A DNA stretch of 64,000 nucleotides from Amoebidium appalachense (GCA_963693365.1 CAVNZM010000011.1:682001-746000), one strand, 5' to 3'; counted from the first letter of the stretch, positions 37,950 to 64,000 are shown. The notes: generated by a model not told the origin, from the sequence alone. Translations and numbers: made by a program.

Positions 37950-38237
37950 TACACACACGCAGAAAAAAAAGAAAGAAAGAAAAAGAAATCACCCCCGTTT
38001 TTTAAAAAACGGATTCTATGCACTTTGAATGTTGGCACAGTATCTCCACTATGTTGTCTGTCGTCAGTGTGTACTTCGTACTCGGTAGTGCATTTTTGAT
38101 CTCCCCCCTCCCCCCTTCTTCCCCTTATTCCCCCGGCAGGCAGATTGACCATGCATGCATGGCTTGTAGCCCCCAAAGGATACCTAAATGCAAGTCACTT
38201 TCCATCATGTGTGTGCACACACAAACCATTGAGGGAG

Positions 38238-38317
<80 letters not shown>

Positions 38318-38767
38318 GGGAGAGCGGTAGAGGGAGAGGGAGAGAGAGAGAGAGAGACGGACACACACACACACAGACAGACACACAGACACATACTTGT
38401 GCACCCTTGCTTGCAAACGCGCAGCACTGCGAGGCACACATTTGTTTGCCCAGATAGAAACTAATCCATGCCATCATTTAGAAACCAGACATACACATGA
38501 CTATTACATATCACAAACCCACCCCCCTTCCCCCACTGCTCTTGCTTGTTGCGTGCCTGCATAAGCAACCCTGCTCGTCTCTGATAAAGACGGGTGACCC
38601 ACCCATGTTCAAGTGAAACTGTATCTGAGTTGGGCTCGTTGACGAGGTGAATAGGTCGAAACTCGGGTACTGTGGATGACGTGGGCCCCCCTGAGGATGG
38701 GCTCTGCTTATTATGCATACTCTTTATGTATGGTTTGCATGTGTGCTTCGTACTTCATGACGCATTC

Positions 38768-38801
<34 letters not shown>

Positions 38802-39149
38802 TTTCCCCCCGTCCCCTTAAAAAAAAAAAAAAAAAAAAAAAGGAGAAGAAGAGAAGAAGAAGAAAAAAGAAAGAACAGATAAGTACCGAAAAAAAAAAAA
38901 GAGAACCTTATAATTGTCTGCACACACAACGGTTCCCTTTCATTGCAAAATCATGGTTATTTTGGGATTATTCGGGCCAGGCTTGTGTTGACATTCGGGT
39001 CGGGCCAAACAGGAACCGGGTCGTCACTGATCACAGACCGTGTGGAGTATGTGAAGCAGAACACAGACGAGGGGGATGATGAGGGCTCAGAGGCATCGGA
39101 CCAGCAGCCAGAGGACAGGTGGGCCATATACAGGTTGGCCGCGCCGTAG
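33904..39149 (+). CDS. Pyridoxamine 5'-phosphate oxidase (PNPO/PdxH)-family FMN-binding protein, divergent active site, 7 exons
   Basis: Exons 33904-34149, 35096-35188, 36074-36142, 36678-36725, 37221-37373, 37812-37899 and 39013-39149. Motifs [82 protein letters not shown]...RLAAP*. Confidence 0.9.
35696..35800. repeat. 34-bp tandem repeat x3 (intronic)
   Basis: TGTTTCCATGCTTGTGTGTGTATTAGTGCTTGTA repeated three times. Confidence 0.85.
38554..38769 (+). mobile_element. Poly-C-anchored structured repeat, long copy E, in the last PNPO-like intron (a 3'-end remnant D lies at ~38066-38096)
   Basis: Same conserved blocks as copy A, ending CGCATTCAA followed by a ~30-nt C-run. Confidence 0.85.
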
Positions 39150-39591
39150 TACTGACTTTAAATTTTAACAGTTTTATCTTCCAATCTTAGTGTGTCCCCA
39201 TGCTCCTACATATTACCAGGCTAGATACTACACTCAAATCTCTCACCGTGTATAGTTGGCTGACTGTTTCACATGTATGCCGGACCTTGAACCAATCTTC
39301 TAGCTGTGTCTAGAAGAGATTGATGCATTAGAGGTAGGTGTGTTCATTAGTATCTCCTTTGATTATGACTGTGGGGGGTGGGGGCTTGCCATCGAATTTG
39401 GAATGTACCACCACGGAAGGAATCACAGTTATCGATTGAAGCCCTTCACTTTTATGGAAGGTTTCCATATAAAGCGCTTGAAATCCACACCAGTTATGGT
39501 TATCACTACTACACTTTTTTCTTCTTCTTCTTCTTTGTTCTTTTTTCTTTTTTTTTTTTTTTTTTTTTCTTTCGGGGAGGGGGGAGGGGGA

Positions 39592-39623
<32 letters not shown>

Positions 39624-40069
39624 AGGGGGGGGGGGGGGGGGGGGGGGGGGGAGGGGGGGGGGGGGGGGGGGGGCTGTAGAGTACCATTAACTTCAACTCG
39701 AATAGATATGAGTTGATCAGAGCACGGGAAGCATGTACGTACTAAAGGGTTGCAGCCTGCCGCTGTAGGTGTTACATTGTTAGTATTTAGTTTTAATGCT
39801 GCCAAATTCTTTCGCATCTGAAGATGCCCAAATGGGCCCCAGACCCCCCCCCCCCCCCCCCTCCCTCCCCTTCCCCCTTGCGCGGCACCCCCTCTTCCCC
39901 TCCCCCCTCCCCCCACCACCAGGCGCACACATGCACACTGGCCCGCATGCGCGCGCACACACACACACCGTAACACACGTGCCCGTGCCCGCACACGCAC
40001 ATGCACGTTCACACATATGCACCAGATAAAAAGCACACCGAATCCTGTACCACGCAGCCACGATGGACA

Positions 40070-40440
40070 CTTGATCATGATATACGTTATTGCGCCGCAA
40101 CTGTTGAACCCCCCAAGAATGCTGTCTGGCAGAGACTGCACCTGCTTTCATAATAAATTGGGGCCACCCACGAACTACACCATGTGGATGCTCCTCTGTC
40201 ACCGTTTTCATCCGCAAGGTTGGCAACAGATTGCCCATGCATTCATTTGGATGTTCTGTCTCTAGATCTCTGTAGACTATTTCAAGGTGCATCGTAAGTA
40301 AGGTGCATGCACTACTATTCCCTCAGTCCACATCATGATATGTTTAGTCGATTCATGTTTGGCTAGGTGGACGTCTGCAAACGGTTGCACATGTACATGT
40401 GTTTCTATCATATGAAAAATGCCTCTGCGTAACTGTACAC
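40070..40440 (-). pseudogene. Probable decayed Ser/Thr protein kinase fragment
   Basis: Kinase-like subdomains appear in the correct order but in shifting frames: MHLEIVYRDLETE(fs)NIQMNA (VIb-like), SSWVAP (VIII-like), SCGAITYIMI (IX-like). No DFG recognised. Confidence 0.35.
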
Positions 40441-40787
40441 GTGCACACGTTGCATGTGTGTGTTGATTTGATGTGTGTTCCTTTACGTGTGTTCCTGTAC
40501 TAACATCCCGAGCACATCTGTTAGTACTAAATGGTTGTGGGCAGTTGTAAGTTCTACATCTATACCATATGTGGAGCCAATGTGACACCATTGATTTATT
40601 TGTACACGTCGTGCGGACGCAACACCACACCACCGATCCCTTATTGTGGCCACCAATTTGAAAACAAGTGAACCTCCCATCCCTACTCATCGGTGCATTC
40701 CATTGGGCCGTGCTGCTACACTTCCCTACCCCCCCCCCCCCCCCCCCCCCCCCCCCGGCCGGGGCCCTCCTGCGAAAAAGGGGAGGA

Positions 40788-40853
<66 letters not shown>

Positions 40854-41327
40854 GGAGACACATATTTCCTAGGCCGAATTTTCTAATTATTATTCAATGT
40901 CCAGCCTTCTGCTCTCCGTTGTCAACCCCAACCCAAAACATTCAAATCTAATTAGATGCCATTCCTAGACTACATATGTACATTCCCTTAATCACAGGTT
41001 GATTCAACTTTTGACAACCGTATGTGGCACTGCAAAACCAACCTTAGGAGGTCAAAACCAATAATATTAAAGCTTTGCCAATAGACGATCGAAGGAGCCT
41101 AAATTCTAATAATGAAATTGAAGTCACAGCCCCAATAATCCATAATATCTAGCCCACGCAAATCTATGTTACATCCCATAGGGTTGAATCGTATCGAACT
41201 CCAGGGTTTTCCCCCTGGAAAACCCTAGCAAACCATAGAGCACTCTTCTGGATGCAAGGGACACCCCACCTCATAATCCGAACACACTAGGGTTTAACCC
41301 CTTCTAATCCGATGATCTAAAAACCGC

Positions 41328-41548
41328 CTAAGGGTTCTGTGGCGCAGCCCCCTCCCCCTTCATCTTCTGGAAACGTGCAGCCAAGTCATCAAATTCACTG
41401 TCGGGCTCAGGCAGCGCAGAGGGTACACTGGGCACAGAGGGGAGGGTAGGGGGTGGGGCAGGGGCACCCTCGGGGGGGAGGGTTGGGTAGAGTTTGGACT
41501 CGGTTGGAGGCTCTGGAACAGGTGCTGGTGCTGGTGCTGCTGCTGCTG

Positions 41549-41642
<94 letters not shown>

Positions 41643-41674
41643 GTGTGTGCGCGCGCGCTCGTGTGTGTGTGTGC

Positions 41675-41746
<72 letters not shown>

Positions 41747-42301
41747 GGAAGGGGAGGGGGGAGGGGGGGAGGGCGCTCCTAATCAACAATATGTCCATTT
41801 GCTAACATTAACATTCACATCTGAGTCAGTCTGCTCGAGTCTGCCGCATGCCCGTGCCCACTATGCCGCCACACCTCATTTCATCCATATAAGCACCCAC
41901 ATACTAAATGACACCAATAACACACCGGCCTCACCCATCACCCTGTATCCACCAAATCCCCCCCCCCCTCCCCCCCCCCCTCCCCCCGGGTGCCGCCGTC
42001 GCCCACACCTGAACACCTGTCCGTCAACAGCCACCATTCACCCCTAAGCTTCTATAGTCCCTCTAAGCCCTTTTGCACTCCTCTCTGTAAATTTCGGTCC
42101 TTGCTGCATTAAATTAACCAGCTCTTCAACCATAATACACCCCCCTCCCCCCAACCCCCGCCAGCCTGCATTCATGCCTCCTGCCGCTCCCTCCCTCCCC
42201 CCCCCCCCCCCCCCCCGGCCCCACCTTCCGAACTCCCCACCTGCAAGCCTGCCTGCACACCTGCCTCCCTCCCCCCACCTTGCCCGTCAGCCTGCACGCC
42301 T

Positions 42302-42340
<39 letters not shown>

Positions 42341-42364
42341 CCCCCCCCTCCCCCCCCCCCCCCC

Positions 42365-42396
<32 letters not shown>

Positions 42397-43176
42397 AAAC
42401 GAACCTTCCACGGCCTTCTTCTCCTCCACTGCAGCCACTGACTCGGCCACGGGGGCAGACGGCGCAGTAGTGGCCGTTGGGGCAGTGGGTGGGGGGACAG
42501 GGGATACTGCCGGGGCAGGCTGGGTGGGGCCTGCTGGCTGTTCACCTTGCTTACCGGGTGTGAGGTTGAGCCTCTTGCCTGTGTAGGCCTCAAGAGTGTT
42601 GTCTAGCTTCTCCAACTGCACACCTGAGGGGGAGAGTGATCAGGGAAGAGGGGGTGGGAGGTGTACTAAGGTTGAGGGCGATGATGATGAAGTGGTTGTT
42701 ACGTATACAGTAACATCGGTGCTCTTTTCTTGCGAATATGTGAATATGCCGGTTTGCGGTGTGTGTGCATGCTGTTTGTGAGGTAAGAGGAGTGCCCTTG
42801 TGTGTGCACACCTGCAAGTTTGAATGCCTGTGCTTGCATTTTTTTTTTTTTTTTTTTTTTTTTGCTAGTGGATAAATTCTGGTAGGCAGGAGGGAAGGCG
42901 GGTGGGCAGGGGGAGGGGAAGGAGTGAGGGCACACACACCCGCGCGCGCGCACACACACAGGCATGGGGACACACACACGCACACACGTACACACGCACG
43001 CACGCACACGCACGCACACACGCACACGCACACGCACCGACAGTAGGGTGCTTCTCCTGCAGCTTGTCTAAGCTGTCCTTTGCCACTGCACTGGCCTTTG
43101 CGTAGGTCTCTGACTGCTGCACCTTGTCCAGGCCGTAGGTCATCGACTCTTTGGCTTTGCTGAAAAAGCTCGACAT
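41328..43176 (-). CDS. Small (~190 aa) Pro/Ala-rich protein with PTAP, PSAP, LYPxL, LPSVP and IST1-like C-terminal MIM motifs, 3 exons
   Basis: Exons 43038-43176, 42405-42623 and 41328-41548 splice in phase with GT-AG ends. Protein: [67 protein letters not shown]...[16 protein letters not shown]...KLYPTLPP...LPSVPSVP...[24 protein letters not shown]. Confidence 0.8.
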
Positions 43177-43816
43177 CTTGGCTAAGTAAAACGGGTGAAG
43201 GCTAAGGACGGCGTATGTGTGTTGAGGAACCTGCCAGGGAGAAAGAAGACTTGAACACTGAAAGAAGTCTCATATGCATGAAAATGCCAGCTGGGACACA
43301 CGTGCACACGGTGACACACAGCTGGTGCCAAGAATCTGAAGAAGAGAAAAAAAATCCGAAGAATCTCATAAAATCGGATCTGCCAATCGCACAAAAACGG
43401 TGAGCCGCTTGACATTGATAGCGCAAACACTGCAACAGGTCACCATAACATGTACGTAGAACTTATGTAGAATAATTAGATGCACTATGTTAGTACACAA
43501 ATGATGCATGTATGACTCGGGGAAAAGCAAACCGTTATTTTGGCGGCATGCCGGCAAAAGCGCGGGATATTTTTTTCATCAGTCTTCCAGATCTCCCTGC
43601 CCTCTCTCCCTGCTCTTCTCTCTGAGGCTCTCTCAGGCTCCCTCCCCCCCCCCCCCCCCCCCCCCCCCCCCCGCTCTCTCTCTTTCCCTCCCTCTCTCTC
43701 TCTCTGATACTCTCTTTCCCCCTCCCCTCCTCCATTATTTTTTCTTTTTTGTTGTCTGCTAGCGCTCCGGATCCCCTCTGTCAATGCTTGGGTTCCTCCG
43801 AGGCTCCCCCCTTTAA

Positions 43817-43849
<33 letters not shown>

Positions 43850-43997
43850 GGGGGGACGCAACCGGAAGGGTTCGAATAGGTACATACTTGCCATTATACC
43901 AATTTGGATTCAAAAACAAACCCTCACTTACTTCTGCGGCAAAAGACACAGACGGGGGAGAACAGGAGGGGAGCAGAAAACAACAAAGAAAGGGAGA

Positions 43998-44031
<34 letters not shown>

Positions 44032-44204
44032 TGTGTGTGTGTGTGTGTGCTGCCACGTTCGACTGTGGCCTCAGCCGCCGTATGACCAAGTATACTCTCT
44101 ATTTTTCAAGGATATGAGTTGGCGCGTGATCAGTCGCTTTGAAACTTTAAGGAGAGTTTTGTCAGCCTTGAAAAATAAGGGCTACCTCCAAAGGTAGCAG
44201 GTGC

Positions 44205-44244
<40 letters not shown>

Positions 44245-44260
44245 ACCTTTTTTTTTTTTT

Positions 44261-44305
<45 letters not shown>

Positions 44306-44955
44306 AGGTGTTCGTTGGAGGATATACATGTAAAGAAGAATGTCATATAGTAAGAAGTTCACATTCAAGACGAACAACTTTGCAGAATTCGGTACACACA
44401 AAGGGTATGCAGTCCAACACCTCAGGAAGGCATTCCTGATATGGTAAGCCAGGAAACGAGCGGCAAAATCTGCAAATTTAGATGATGAGCTCACGCCCAA
44501 TCGCATAACTCAAATCTATTCAACAAAAGTTTAAAAGCTTCTTTTAACATATCTGATTGATTAAAAAACCTTTTACCCCCTTTGAAGACGATCAGGTAGG
44601 GCCAAAAACGGTAAGCGGTCCAACTCCAACTTAGTAAACGCCGATACCAGGCTCGTGATTTAGTGTTTTCAAAGTGACCTCTATGACAAAGCTTTACTCT
44701 CAATTTCGGGACACTGTACAACTCCTTTTCCAGAGAACAAACGTTCAAAAGTTAGTTTTGGTGTTGAAGTTTCCCGAAATTAAAGTGTGTATGCGCTATT
44801 GAAGTTGTATGTGAGCTGAAAAATCATAAACCTGGATTCAAAGCTTGTTCTGTGTGACTTACACTCCTCCGCATAAGTTTACGCAACATGCATGATAATC
44901 TACGAATTAACAACTGCTATCTGGCAGCTGCTGTGACCAGCATGCAACGGTTTGC

Positions 44956-44999
<44 letters not shown>

Positions 45000-45338
45000 C
45001 GTGAATACATTTCGCCTGCTGATAAATTGATATTAAAAATGAGGCTTTTACGAGGTTTTTTTTTAAGCTGCTCTCTATTCTATTTCTCGTTCATCAGTAT
45101 TTATCTTCCAAAGAACGTGCTCGGCATGCTGCTAAGGTACACTACCTATAGCTACGAGTCACGCCGTGACAATAACAAGTGGGTCTGCCTCGACTTACTT
45201 TCAGCAGCCGGCATGTCGGCGTTGCTCAGGAATGCGTTTCCTAGCTTGAATGTTAGCTAATCACTCGAATTTGTAAATAACCATATATAGAAAGGAATTC
45301 CAAGCTGTCCAACCATGAGTAGAGCCGATCCTCCGCAG

Positions 45339-45401
<63 letters not shown>

Positions 45402-45567
45402 GGGGGAGCAGTACCATAAGAGAGCAGTCCGATATAATTGCGCATAACTGGAAAAAAACAACACAATTCGTTCACCCCCTCCCCCCCCCCAAAAAAAAGC
45501 ACAAAGAAGAGACTCAACAAAGGTAAACCCATCCTGTTTCTGAGCGCCCTTTGTGTGTGTGTGTTTG

Positions 45568-45607
<40 letters not shown>

Positions 45608-46526
45608 AGGGGGCGGGGGACGATCACATTACACAGAGCAAAAAAAATGAACCGTAAGTGCATGAGCGTAAGCACACATTATGCCACACGGGAGGAAACG
45701 GGGTAGTCACTGTGTTATGTCTAAATGGACTGCGGGTATGGGAAAGCAGCGGCCAAGGCTGACAAGGCAGAAAAGAAACGAAGAAAGAATCTGGTCTGTG
45801 ATGGGTGTGTGTGTGTACATGTACATATGCGGGGGGGGGGGGGGGGGGGGGGGGGGAGGGGGGGGGGGGAAGGGGGGGGAGGGAGAGTACATTGCCGGGC
45901 GTGTTAACATATGCAAAGGATGAAACACACGTGGAATACAGTAAGCAAAAAGCACACACGAGGAGGGGAGGGGAGGGAAGGGGTAGGAGGTAACAGGAAT
46001 GAGAGGCACAATCGAGTCATAGGCTCACAACTAATAGCCATGCGGACGATTGAGATAAACTATAATACTACACAAAAATTCCCCCCCCCCACCCCTCTCT
46101 CCCCCAGACACACATAAAAAAGTGCTCAGCAAGTTGCATGGACACACACGTAAACCCATCAGTAGATACAGCTTTATCGACTCCAGTTCCGAACACGTGC
46201 AACGGGAGCATGGGCTTACCAGCGCCCACCTGCGGTACCCCTCAACCAAGGTGCTGACAAACCAGTTGCATCAGCCATATATCATTCTTAAGTGTTTGCT
46301 CATACACGCCGGGAGTAAATTCTAAAATGTCGCACGGCACTACATATATGACTGTATACCAAACAGGGTCCTACCCGCAATGCTTCGAAAGGAGAATGTG
46401 GTGCAGGTCTTGTAAACACTTGCCGTGCTTTTCTGTTGTAGATAAGTGGTGTGTGTGTGTGTGTTTGTGTGTTTGTGTGTTCACAGGGCAGCCTACAATA
46501 AACGACATACATGCCCATACCTAAGC

Positions 46527-47375
46527 TTAGAGAACGTTGTACAGGCGCTCCGAGAGCTTGAGCTGTGTGCGGGTGAGGTTTGTGAGGTAGACGACGGTGA
46601 GCAGGTCCTGCAGGTTGTTGTTGAACAGCCGGTCCAGAATAGCCCCGTCCACCTCCGGCACCGTCTGCACCAGACTCAGCAGCTGCCGCCCCACGTTCTT
46701 GTCCCCCTCCTGCTCCCCCTCCACGACCTTTTTCACGTATGTGTGTGCCGCGTCGAGCATGTTTGCCAACCGGTCGACCGCGCTCTCCAGGTGGTCCATC
46801 TCTGTGAGGATGGGCATGGTGCCGTTAGGGGCCTCCTTGCTGCGCTGCAGCAGGTCCACCCCCGTGCGCTCGGCCTCGCTGTAAGCAAGCTCGGCCTGCA
46901 CGGGCACAAACACCGTGCCTGGTGACCGGTTGGCAATGCCCAGCGGCGAACTGACATAGGCCTGGAAGCCGAACGCGCCCTTGGTAACATCGCAGTTGAA
47001 CGTGAGGTGGATCGGATTGTCTGCTTCCCGACCGTAAAACTCGTGGATGAGAACTGAGTGCTCTGTGATCTCCGTGCCCGTAGCATACCAGCCAACGATG
47101 GCCTCCTTCTGGTTCACCTTCTGGTGCAGCTCGAACATGGTACGTTGGAATTCCATGTTCATAGCTACCTGGTCGGCCGTCTCGTTGTGAGGAACGGGGA
47201 AACAGTTACGGATCTCTACCTCCCCATCGCGTGCCACGCCCAAAAGTGTGCCAATAACACGGTGTTGGCCCTCCTCGCGGCGTGCATAGTGGTCGGCAAT
47301 AGCAAAAAGAACAACGGGCCGCACCTTCACACGCGGGGCTACCGCTGTGTCGGCAAGGTAGAGTGGCTCGGGCAT
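46527..47375 (-). CDS. EIF3F: Eukaryotic translation initiation factor 3 subunit F (MPN domain), intronless CDS
   Basis: ATG at 47375. Motifs V.V.PVVLFAIADHYARREEGQHRVIGTLLG, VEIRNCFPVPHNE, KVNQKEAIVGWYATGTEITEHSVLIHEFY, PIHLT, D..VGRQL, NLQDLLTVVYLTNLTRTQL. Confidence 0.96.
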   Translation of the reverse strand: MPEPLYLADTAVAPRVKVRPVVLFAIADHYARREEGQHRVIGTLLGVARDGEVEIRNCFPVPHNETADQVAMNMEFQRTMFELHQKVNQKEAIVGWYATGTEITEHSVLIHEFYGREADNPIHLTFNCDVTKGAFGFQAYVSSPLGIANRSPGTVFVPVQAELAYSEAERTGVDLLQRSKEAPNGTMPILTEMDHLESAVDRLANMLDAAHTYVKKVVEGEQEGDKNVGRQLLSLVQTVPEVDGAILDRLFNNNLQDLLTVVYLTNLTRTQLKLSERLYNVL

Positions 47376-47930
47376 GTTTGTGATGGCAAGAGGAGACACC
47401 GGCTGCGAGGAGGAAATGAAAGATGTTAGCTTGGCCTGGGAAGGAACGCGTCTGCCGTCTATCTGTAAACTCTACGCCCGGAAACTATATGAAGGTGTAC
47501 TTTTCCTGTAACTGATGGCTACGACCGTAACATCTACGCCACATTCCAACCACACCAGCTGACTCTGTCCCCCAGGTATACCGTTTGCTGATGTGGAGAA
47601 AAAAAGACTCATAAAAAACTCTATGAAGCCAGCATGCCGCTCTACACAACAGCTGCACTCACCTATAACTATGACACTGATTGCCCGAAGAAAACAGTCA
47701 CCGAGGAACGAAAAAAAACGTAAAAAATGGCACAGGTGTCTGTCGTGTGCGTTTGCCCGCCTCTGGGCAGACACCATGTGTGGGGGTCGAGAGGCGGGAA
47801 CCAATCAACCCAGCCGGGTCAATTTCGAGTTTGGATGACCCGAATTGAAAATCGAGCCAGAACATTTTCGGGTCGAACTGTTTAGATTCGTTCACCTTCA
47901 TCCCTGTACGATCAGTGCAATTCTAGTGAA

Positions 47931-48497
47931 TGGGCGGCTATACCGTAACCCAAATACCCAAACCCAAACCCAGATTTTAAACCCAGATGTCACGCATGCG
48001 GCATGACCACCGCTTAGCACCACGCCAATGTATTATAAAAAAACAAGAATCTATACTATAATAAGGCATTATAAAACATAGAAATATTAATGTTGCGTAA
48101 TAAGATAATGTTTTTAGGCCGAAAATATATCAGAAATATGCTTGACATCTTAGTTCTTGGCGTTTTCTTGCTTGTCCACCTGGTTGTCGCTGAAGATTTG
48201 GGTTTTGGTTTAGGAATCTGGAAGACCCCCCCCCCCCCCCTCTAGATTCCTGTCCCAAACCCAGACTTTAGACCGTGAAACCCAAATTACCTGCCATATT
48301 TGGAAAAGATGTGCTATCAAAGAGGCGCTTTTCTTATAAGATTCAGGTGCTCGATGGTGATCTATGGCATATCCGGCCACGCGATGATTGGTAGCAGGTT
48401 AAAATGCAATATTTCAATATCCAATCGACCGTCACTACTAATATTAAATATAGGATCTGGGTTTATTTTGGGTATTTGGGTGGGGTATAGTCGCCCA
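47931..48497. mobile_element. MITE-like non-autonomous DNA transposon with ~45-bp imperfect TIRs and CCCAAA subterminal repeats
   Basis: Left end TGGGCGGCTATACCGTAACCCAAATACCCAAACCCAAACCCAGAT; reverse complement of right end TGGGCGACTATACCCCACCCAAATACCCAAAATAAACCCAGAT. AT-rich interior with further AAACCCAGA repeats. No clear TSD. Confidence 0.75.
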
Positions 48498-48925
48498 ATG
48501 TGCATGTGTGGATACTGGCAGAGAGAGAGGGAGAGGGAGGAAGCAAGGGAGAGAGGGGGAGAGAGAGTTGTCATTCGAAGAGAGGATATGAACAGACAGG
48601 AGGCAACGGTAGTAAACACCAAATAGCGTTGCTGGTGTGGTGAGATTAGAAGCAGGGGTCACGGCAACGTAGCTTTAGGATTCCCCGACACCTTGTCCAC
48701 ACAGGGCACCATATTAGTGCACTGGGTGATGAATCCTGCCGCTGTAGAGCGAGATAGATCCGCAGTAGCAGTATAGAGGTCGGTGAGAAGTGGCGTTGGT
48801 CCACAAAGGGCCAAGCCACCACGACGGCACAGTGATACATGTTCCAGCTGCTTTACAGAGTGCTGGATGGCCCCTAGTTGGCAGACATTGACACCTAACC
48901 CCTGTACTTCGACCAACTTGCAAAG

Positions 48926-64000
<15,075 letters not shown>

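Noticed and set aside
44050-44200. RLWPQPPY...LRRVLSALK resembling an N6-adenine methyltransferase NPPY motif
   Set aside because: An isolated short frame with no motif I, no clean acceptor and no partner exons.
47945-47990. CCCAAA repeats as an interstitial telomere
   Set aside because: They occur in both orientations and form the TIR and subterminal repeats of the MITE.

Overview
Eukaryotic, intron-rich genomic DNA. It is most likely from a unicellular holozoan; this is an inference from a full TEAD with a YAP-binding domain, a BSDC1 gene and the intron style. Introns and intergenic DNA are saturated with G/C homopolymers and (CA)n/(GT)n tracts, so most ORFs in the supplied track are low-complexity artefacts. 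Manual splicing gives nine genes: BSDC1 (+, 5'-partial), TEAD/Scalloped (+), an SLC35A nucleotide-sugar transporter (-), a GNAT-like ORF with no in-frame ATG (-), a membrane-anchored PhoD phosphatase (-), a PNPO-fold flavoprotein (+), a small Pro-rich protein carrying ESCRT-binding motifs (-), an intronless eIF3f (-), and POLR3A (+, 3'-partial). Mobile and repeat DNA comprises a 5'-truncated LINE ending in a (CA)n tract, two TIR-bounded MITE-like elements, minisatellites and a probable decayed kinase. There is also a dispersed, structured, 5'-truncated repeat whose fixed 3' end sits next to a C-run, which is sense to its host transcript in every copy and carries hammerhead-like core motifs. 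The best leads are (1) this poly-C-anchored structured element, (2) the multi-late-domain ESCRT scaffold protein, (3) the PNPO paralogue with every substrate-binding residue replaced, and (4) an unusual splicing code with C-runs after donors and acceptors lacking a polypyrimidine tract. No database searches or folding calculations were run; all family calls come from motifs read by eye.
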